DNA from: an uncultured Mycoplasmatota bacterium | GTDB lineage: Bacteria; Bacillota_I; Bacilli_A; RF39; UBA660 | Assembly: GCA_947296775.1 (NCBI GenBank) | Contig: CAMYRF010000002.1 | Coordinates: forward strand, 1-35,952 | Length of the DNA stretch: 35,952 nucleotides | Direction: 5' to 3' | Part shown: one piece after another, positions 32,734 to 35,952 of the stretch | How the letters are laid out: each line of letters starts with the position of its first letter | Position numbering within the stretch: the stretch's first letter is position 1 | Made by a program: the position numbers and the translations under genes | Notes under the pieces: model-generated | Database searches by the model: none | What the model saw: only the letters and a program-made list of their open reading frames with translations | What the model was told of the DNA's origin: nothing

Positions 32734-33645
32734 TTATTCAAATTTTCCAAAAGGTTGGTTAGTCTTAGCATCACGAACTGCCATGTAGCCATAGCCATTT
32801 TCTCGTGGTTGACGAATCCAAACATAGCCAGCGTGACGACTAAAGGCATCATACTCAATAGTAGATCCTGCTGGTAGAGTGGCAATAATATTAGATGTTG
32901 TTCGGGCACCATAGCGCAAATTAACCCCTACATCTAGGGTAAACTTGCCCTCTTCTTTAAACCAAGTATCACCCAATTCATCAACAAACGATAACTCTTT
33001 TTCATCTTTGTGTTCTTCTGCTGGTTGAACAGGAGATGGTTCTAGAATGGAAATATTGTTATTAGGGTTAGCCATCTTTAGCCAACCTTCTTTAGTTGTA
33101 TTAACCATGTTTCGGTCCATATCTGAACCAGTAAATTGATGGACAGTAAAGACTTCCCAAGGTGCAATATTGAATCCAGCTCCCTGATAATTCCAGTCAA
33201 GAGATTGAGAATACTTGTAGTAAGCAACCCATAACGGACAATCATTTACACAATTTGCAACCTGTTGAATTTCAGACTGAGATACATAAACCATGCACCA
33301 TACGCCTGTTAACTCATGAACACGGTTAACAAATTGACGTACATAACCGTAATTACCCCAACTAGCATTCTGATACCCTTCCCAATCAACCGCTAAGACT
33401 GCTTCACCTACATAGTTTTTAATATTATTGATGAAGTAATCAGCTTCGGCAATTGGATTACCACCAGCACAATAGTGGTATAAGCCTAGTAACTTTCCTG
33501 CTGCTTTTGCATTAGCATAATCAATATTACATGCTGGATTAACATACCCAGTTCCTTGCGTGGCTTTAACCATTGTAATATCAGTTTCTGGCAATGTCGC
33601 AAAGCTACGAGGACTTCCAGAGAATACATCGACCATTTTTAACAT
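32734..33645 (-). CDS. Endolysin: GH25-like muramidase + C-terminal SH3b cell-wall binding domain
   Basis: The N-terminal region has VKATQGTGYVNP...LGLYHY...LAVDWE. The C-terminal region has LRYGARTTSNIIATLPAGSTIEYDAF...GYVWIRQ. The ATG overlaps the holin stop. Confidence 0.85.
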   Translation of the reverse strand: MLKMVDVFSGSPRSFATLPETDITMVKATQGTGYVNPACNIDYANAKAAGKLLGLYHYCAGGNPIAEADYFINNIKNYVGEAVLAVDWEGYQNASWGNYGYVRQFVNRVHELTGVWCMVYVSQSEIQQVANCVNDCPLWVAYYKYSQSLDWNYQGAGFNIAPWEVFTVHQFTGSDMDRNMVNTTKEGWLKMANPNNNISILEPSPVQPAEEHKDEKELSFVDELGDTWFKEEGKFTLDVGVNLRYGARTTSNIIATLPAGSTIEYDAFSRHAGYVWIRQPRENGYGYMAVRDAKTNQPFGKFE

Positions 33646-34079
33646 TACTTTTTACCTCCTTTATATTTACCAAGAAAGTTGTACTTAGATGGATCATAAT
33701 CTTCTTGATCTTTTGCTAACTTTGCTTCAAAGAAATCCATGATTGGTTTAGGCAACCACCACCCCATCTCTGTCCAATTTTCAACAATTGAAATCAAATA
33801 TTGATAAATCCAAGCAATTAAAAAAGTGGTAGCCATTGTGCTTGCTCCGATCGTATAAAGATACGGATAAGCGATTACTACCACTAAATAAATTATTGTA
33901 TGTTTGATTAGGCCTGGAATCCCAACAGAGCTATTAGTTTTTCGTACCGTTTTCTTTGCGTAATATGGTTTTACCATACCGGTAATTAAATCCACAATCA
34001 TAACAATGGTAAATGCCCACATCAACTTATCATCAATTAGCGCTTGCATTTGATGAAGCATAAATAAATGGTATGGCAC
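33645..34079 (-). CDS. Holin
   Basis: A 144-aa protein with three hydrophobic helices and a charged C-terminus, directly upstream of the endolysin. It has a GTG start after the SD gagggga. Confidence 0.75.
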   Translation of the reverse strand: MPYHLFMLHQMQALIDDKLMWAFTIVMIVDLITGMVKPYYAKKTVRKTNSSVGIPGLIKHTIIYLVVVIAYPYLYTIGASTMATTFLIAWIYQYLISIVENWTEMGWWLPKPIMDFFEAKLAKDQEDYDPSKYNFLGKYKGGKK

Positions 34080-34096
34080 AACTATCCCCTCACTTC

Positions 34097-34357
34097 TTAT
34101 GCTTTGTCAGCTGTTGTTTCTTCGATTTCACTGAACGCTTCATCTTCTTGACTGCGGATATATGTTCGAAATTCATCAGAGTCCGCTCGTACCTGTTTTA
34201 AGTTTTTGCGGTAAAGTTCTTGATTATAAATGTAAGTATTAGTTGTAGTTTGTGCATTCAAATCTGTTGCAATTTGAGCATTAAAACGCGCAACCTCAGT
34301 TCCATTAATTGTTGAGTGTCCTACCAATGTGATGTTCTTTTCTTTGGTTAAAGCCAT
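34097..34357 (-). CDS. Hypothetical protein (86 aa) between tail and lysis genes
   Basis: ORF with an ATG start 2 nt after the upstream stop. Confidence 0.55.
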   Translation of the reverse strand: MALTKEKNITLVGHSTINGTEVARFNAQIATDLNAQTTTNTYIYNQELYRKNLKQVRADSDEFRTYIRSQEDEAFSEIEETTADKA

Positions 34358-34359
34358 AA

Positions 34360-34530
34360 TTATTTACCGCCTTTCTTATTCTTTAAGGATTCATTTTCTT
34401 GTTTTAATTGCTGATTTTGTTGTTGAAGCGTTTCAACCTGTGCTTCTAGAATCGAATTGTTATATTCTTGCAAAGCCAATTTATTAAGTAATTTCTGTGC
34501 TACTTGATTCATATCTGTATTATTGTTCAT
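34360..34530 (-). CDS. 56-aa coiled-coil protein (MNNNTDMNQVAQKLLNKLALQEYNNSILEAQVETLQQQNQQLKQENESLKNKKGGK)
   Basis: The ATG at 34530 lies 9 nt after the SD ggagg and overlaps the Tal 3' end by 11 nt. It is below the track cutoff. Confidence 0.5.
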   Translation of the reverse strand: MNNNTDMNQVAQKLLNKLALQEYNNSILEAQVETLQQQNQQLKQENESLKNKKGGK

Positions 34531-35952
34531 TTAATTTTTCCTCCAATTCTTGAACTTTCTTTTTTAATTTTCTAATTACAGGGATAAGCGCTGGAGCTAT
34601 TCGTTCATATTGAATACCTTCTATTTCGTGAGTTTGTGGGTTACGGCTGACGAAGAGATCTAAGCCTGCATCCGCTAGGTCTTCGGCAATCATTCCAAAG
34701 TATTTATTCGGTTTGATGTGCCGTTTACCTTCCTGATAACGTTCTTTTTGTCCCTTATCAATCCAGGTTGCTGTCGGTAACTCTAATAAACGATCACCGA
34801 AATTAGTTGAATAATCACGATGAATTTCAGTCTTGTACTTTGATGCAGAAGTAGAACGAACTAATGCACCATCAGAAGCAACGACAAGGTTTGGAGCACC
34901 ACCAGTAGTATGCCGCCAAGCTGTCGGAACATGAAGATATTCTCCGTCAATTACAATTCGATTTCCCCACCAATTATTATTGGGTCCATCTACGCCCACA
35001 GAAATAAACGGAGAACCGGTTACAAAAACCCCTCCATCGTTAGGGTCCATAACGTTTTGCTTTATGCTCATTTGGTTACCACCTTTAATGAACACACCTC
35101 GTTCTGCACCGCCTAAGATTGTCGGCATCCAATTGTTAGTTCCTTTTCCTGTAAATAAACCAGAAAAAGTAGCCGTCCCCATTGGACTAGATGTAAAACC
35201 TGTTGTTCCTTGTGCATTGGCTTCATTAGCAACAATCACACTATCACGACCAATTAAACTAGCTCCGGCCCAAGCATCACCAGCACCACCACCATTAAAA
35301 AGGCGGAAGTACCAATTACCATTAGTGTCAAAAAGATTAGGCTGAGTTAATTGAAGTTCCCCATCTTTTAATAATGCTCGTGTGGTGTAATTAGCAGTAG
35401 AAATATAGTTTTGATCAAGGTTAATATCCACTGTATTACTAAAATTATGAATACGACCGTGCTGGAACTCAACATTTCCAGTATTCAAATCAATTTTCAA
35501 ATTTTGTCCGTTAATTGTCCCAGTCGTAATATTATTTGCATTCAGATTAACAACATTAATTCGACCAGCATCTAGTGTCCCAGCAGTAATCTTGTCAGCC
35601 GAAATATTGGTTATGGCCGCATCAGGAATAAATGCTTTACCAGAGAAGATAGTTGATGAAGAATCCATGTAGATTTTATCGTTTTGGATTAATGTTGTGC
35701 CGGCTGACATGTTGATTTGAGCGAGAGTATCGTTTTTTCTGACATTAACATTAGTGAACCACCAATTACCAAAATTAGCGGTAGCTTCGATTTGTACCCA
35801 AATTCGAGCTTTTACTACAGTGTTAGGAATAGTAATCGAACCATATTTAGTTTTGAAGCCCTCATTCGGACTAAAAGAGACAGCTGATTGCCAATTCCAT
35901 GTTCCATCTTTCTTTTCATATACAAATCCAAGATTAAAACTATTAGAAGACT
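34520..35952 (-). CDS. C-terminal part of the same Tal/receptor-binding ORF: CBM-like module end, glycine-rich fibre region, peptidase S74-type intramolecular chaperone
   Basis: The frame is open upstream of the track's Met at 35710 through to the window end. The last 109 aa (SASKYKTEIHRDYS...GIQYERIAPALIPVIRKL..., 34520-34849) match the tail-fibre C-terminal autoproteolytic chaperone pattern, recalled from memory. Confidence 0.8.
   Translation of the reverse strand, partial: SSNSFNLGFVYEKKDGTWNWQSAVSFSPNEGFKTKYGSITIPNTVVKARIWVQIEATANFGNWWFTNVNVRKNDTLAQINMSAGTTLIQNDKIYMDSSSTIFSGKAFIPDAAITNISADKITAGTLDAGRINVVNLNANNITTGTINGQNLKIDLNTGNVEFQHGRIHNFSNTVDINLDQNYISTANYTTRALLKDGELQLTQPNLFDTNGNWYFRLFNGGGAGDAWAGASLIGRDSVIVANEANAQGTTGFTSSPMGTATFSGLFTGKGTNNWMPTILGGAERGVFIKGGNQMSIKQNVMDPNDGGVFVTGSPFISVGVDGPNNNWWGNRIVIDGEYLHVPTAWRHTTGGAPNLVVASDGALVRSTSASKYKTEIHRDYSTNFGDRLLELPTATWIDKGQKERYQEGKRHIKPNKYFGMIAEDLADAGLDLFVSRNPQTHEIEGIQYERIAPALIPVIRKLKKKVQELEEKLNEQ
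35898..35952. repeat. Terminal overlap copy 2, identical to 1-55
   Basis: Same 55-mer as positions 1-55. It lies inside coding sequence of the tail gene. Confidence 0.95.

Larger units (their letters stand above)
1..35952. mobile_element. Complete temperate siphovirus / prophage-type genome in circular (or circularly permuted) form, unit length 35,897 bp
   Basis: Full lysogeny, replication, packaging, head, tail and lysis modules are present. attP next to int is intact. The two window ends share an exact 55-bp overlap. Confidence 0.9.

Noticed and set aside
32665-32912. Track ORFs 32665..32877 (+) and 32730..32912 (-).
   Set aside because: The first spans the lysin terminator and is antisense to the endolysin 3' end. 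The second is an off-frame shadow of the endolysin. Neither has an SD.
1-35952. Looked for a reverse transcriptase (DGR or retron), CRISPR arrays, methyltransferases, HNH endonuclease, antirepressor and tRNAs.
   Set aside because: No ORF shows the corresponding motifs, and no repeat-spacer or template/variable repeat pair was seen. Absence of an HNH next to terS and the Terminase_2-type terS fit headful packaging, but this is inference only.

Overview
The window is one complete temperate siphovirus of prophage type. Gene content looks Lactobacillaceae-like, but the host call is inference. The molecule is circular: positions 1-55 recur exactly at 35898-35952, so the unit genome is 35,897 bp and the window start cuts through a gene.

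Nearly all genes are on the minus strand in classic order, reading right to left from the genetic switch near 29.0 kb:
- Early genes: cro-like HTH, a DUF771-like protein and small ORFans.
- Replication and recombination module: Gp157-like, SF2 helicase, AAA_24/Sak4-like ATPase, DUF669-like, PrimPol and a VirE-like P-loop protein.
- An iteron plus AT-rich origin, then VRR-NUC and more ORFans.
- ArpU-like late regulator, followed by an AT-rich SieB-like moron.
- Packaging and head genes: terS, terL, portal, a MuF head protein fused to an HExxH domain, scaffold, major capsid and connectors.
- Tail genes: major tail, G/G-T chaperones with an AAAAAAC slippery site, a 1077-aa tape measure and Dit.
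- A 1855-aa Tal/receptor-binding protein that crosses the window junction (4190->1, then 35897->34520). It is missing from the ORF track for that reason.
- Two small ORFs, holin and a GH25-SH3b endolysin.

The plus strand carries the lysogeny module: an S24/LexA-type repressor, two cargo genes, a tyrosine integrase and an intact attP region.

Signals most worth a second look:
- Two complete promoter+terminator units for short antisense RNAs that ORF calling cannot see. One lies opposite tiny hydrophobic early peptides; the other lies opposite the integrase leader.
- The repressor-linked two-gene cargo cassette.
- The MuF-HExxH fusion and its small downstream ORF.
- A capsid-gene 3' extension frame that has no start codon of its own.

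All family names come from motif recognition by eye. No database search was run.
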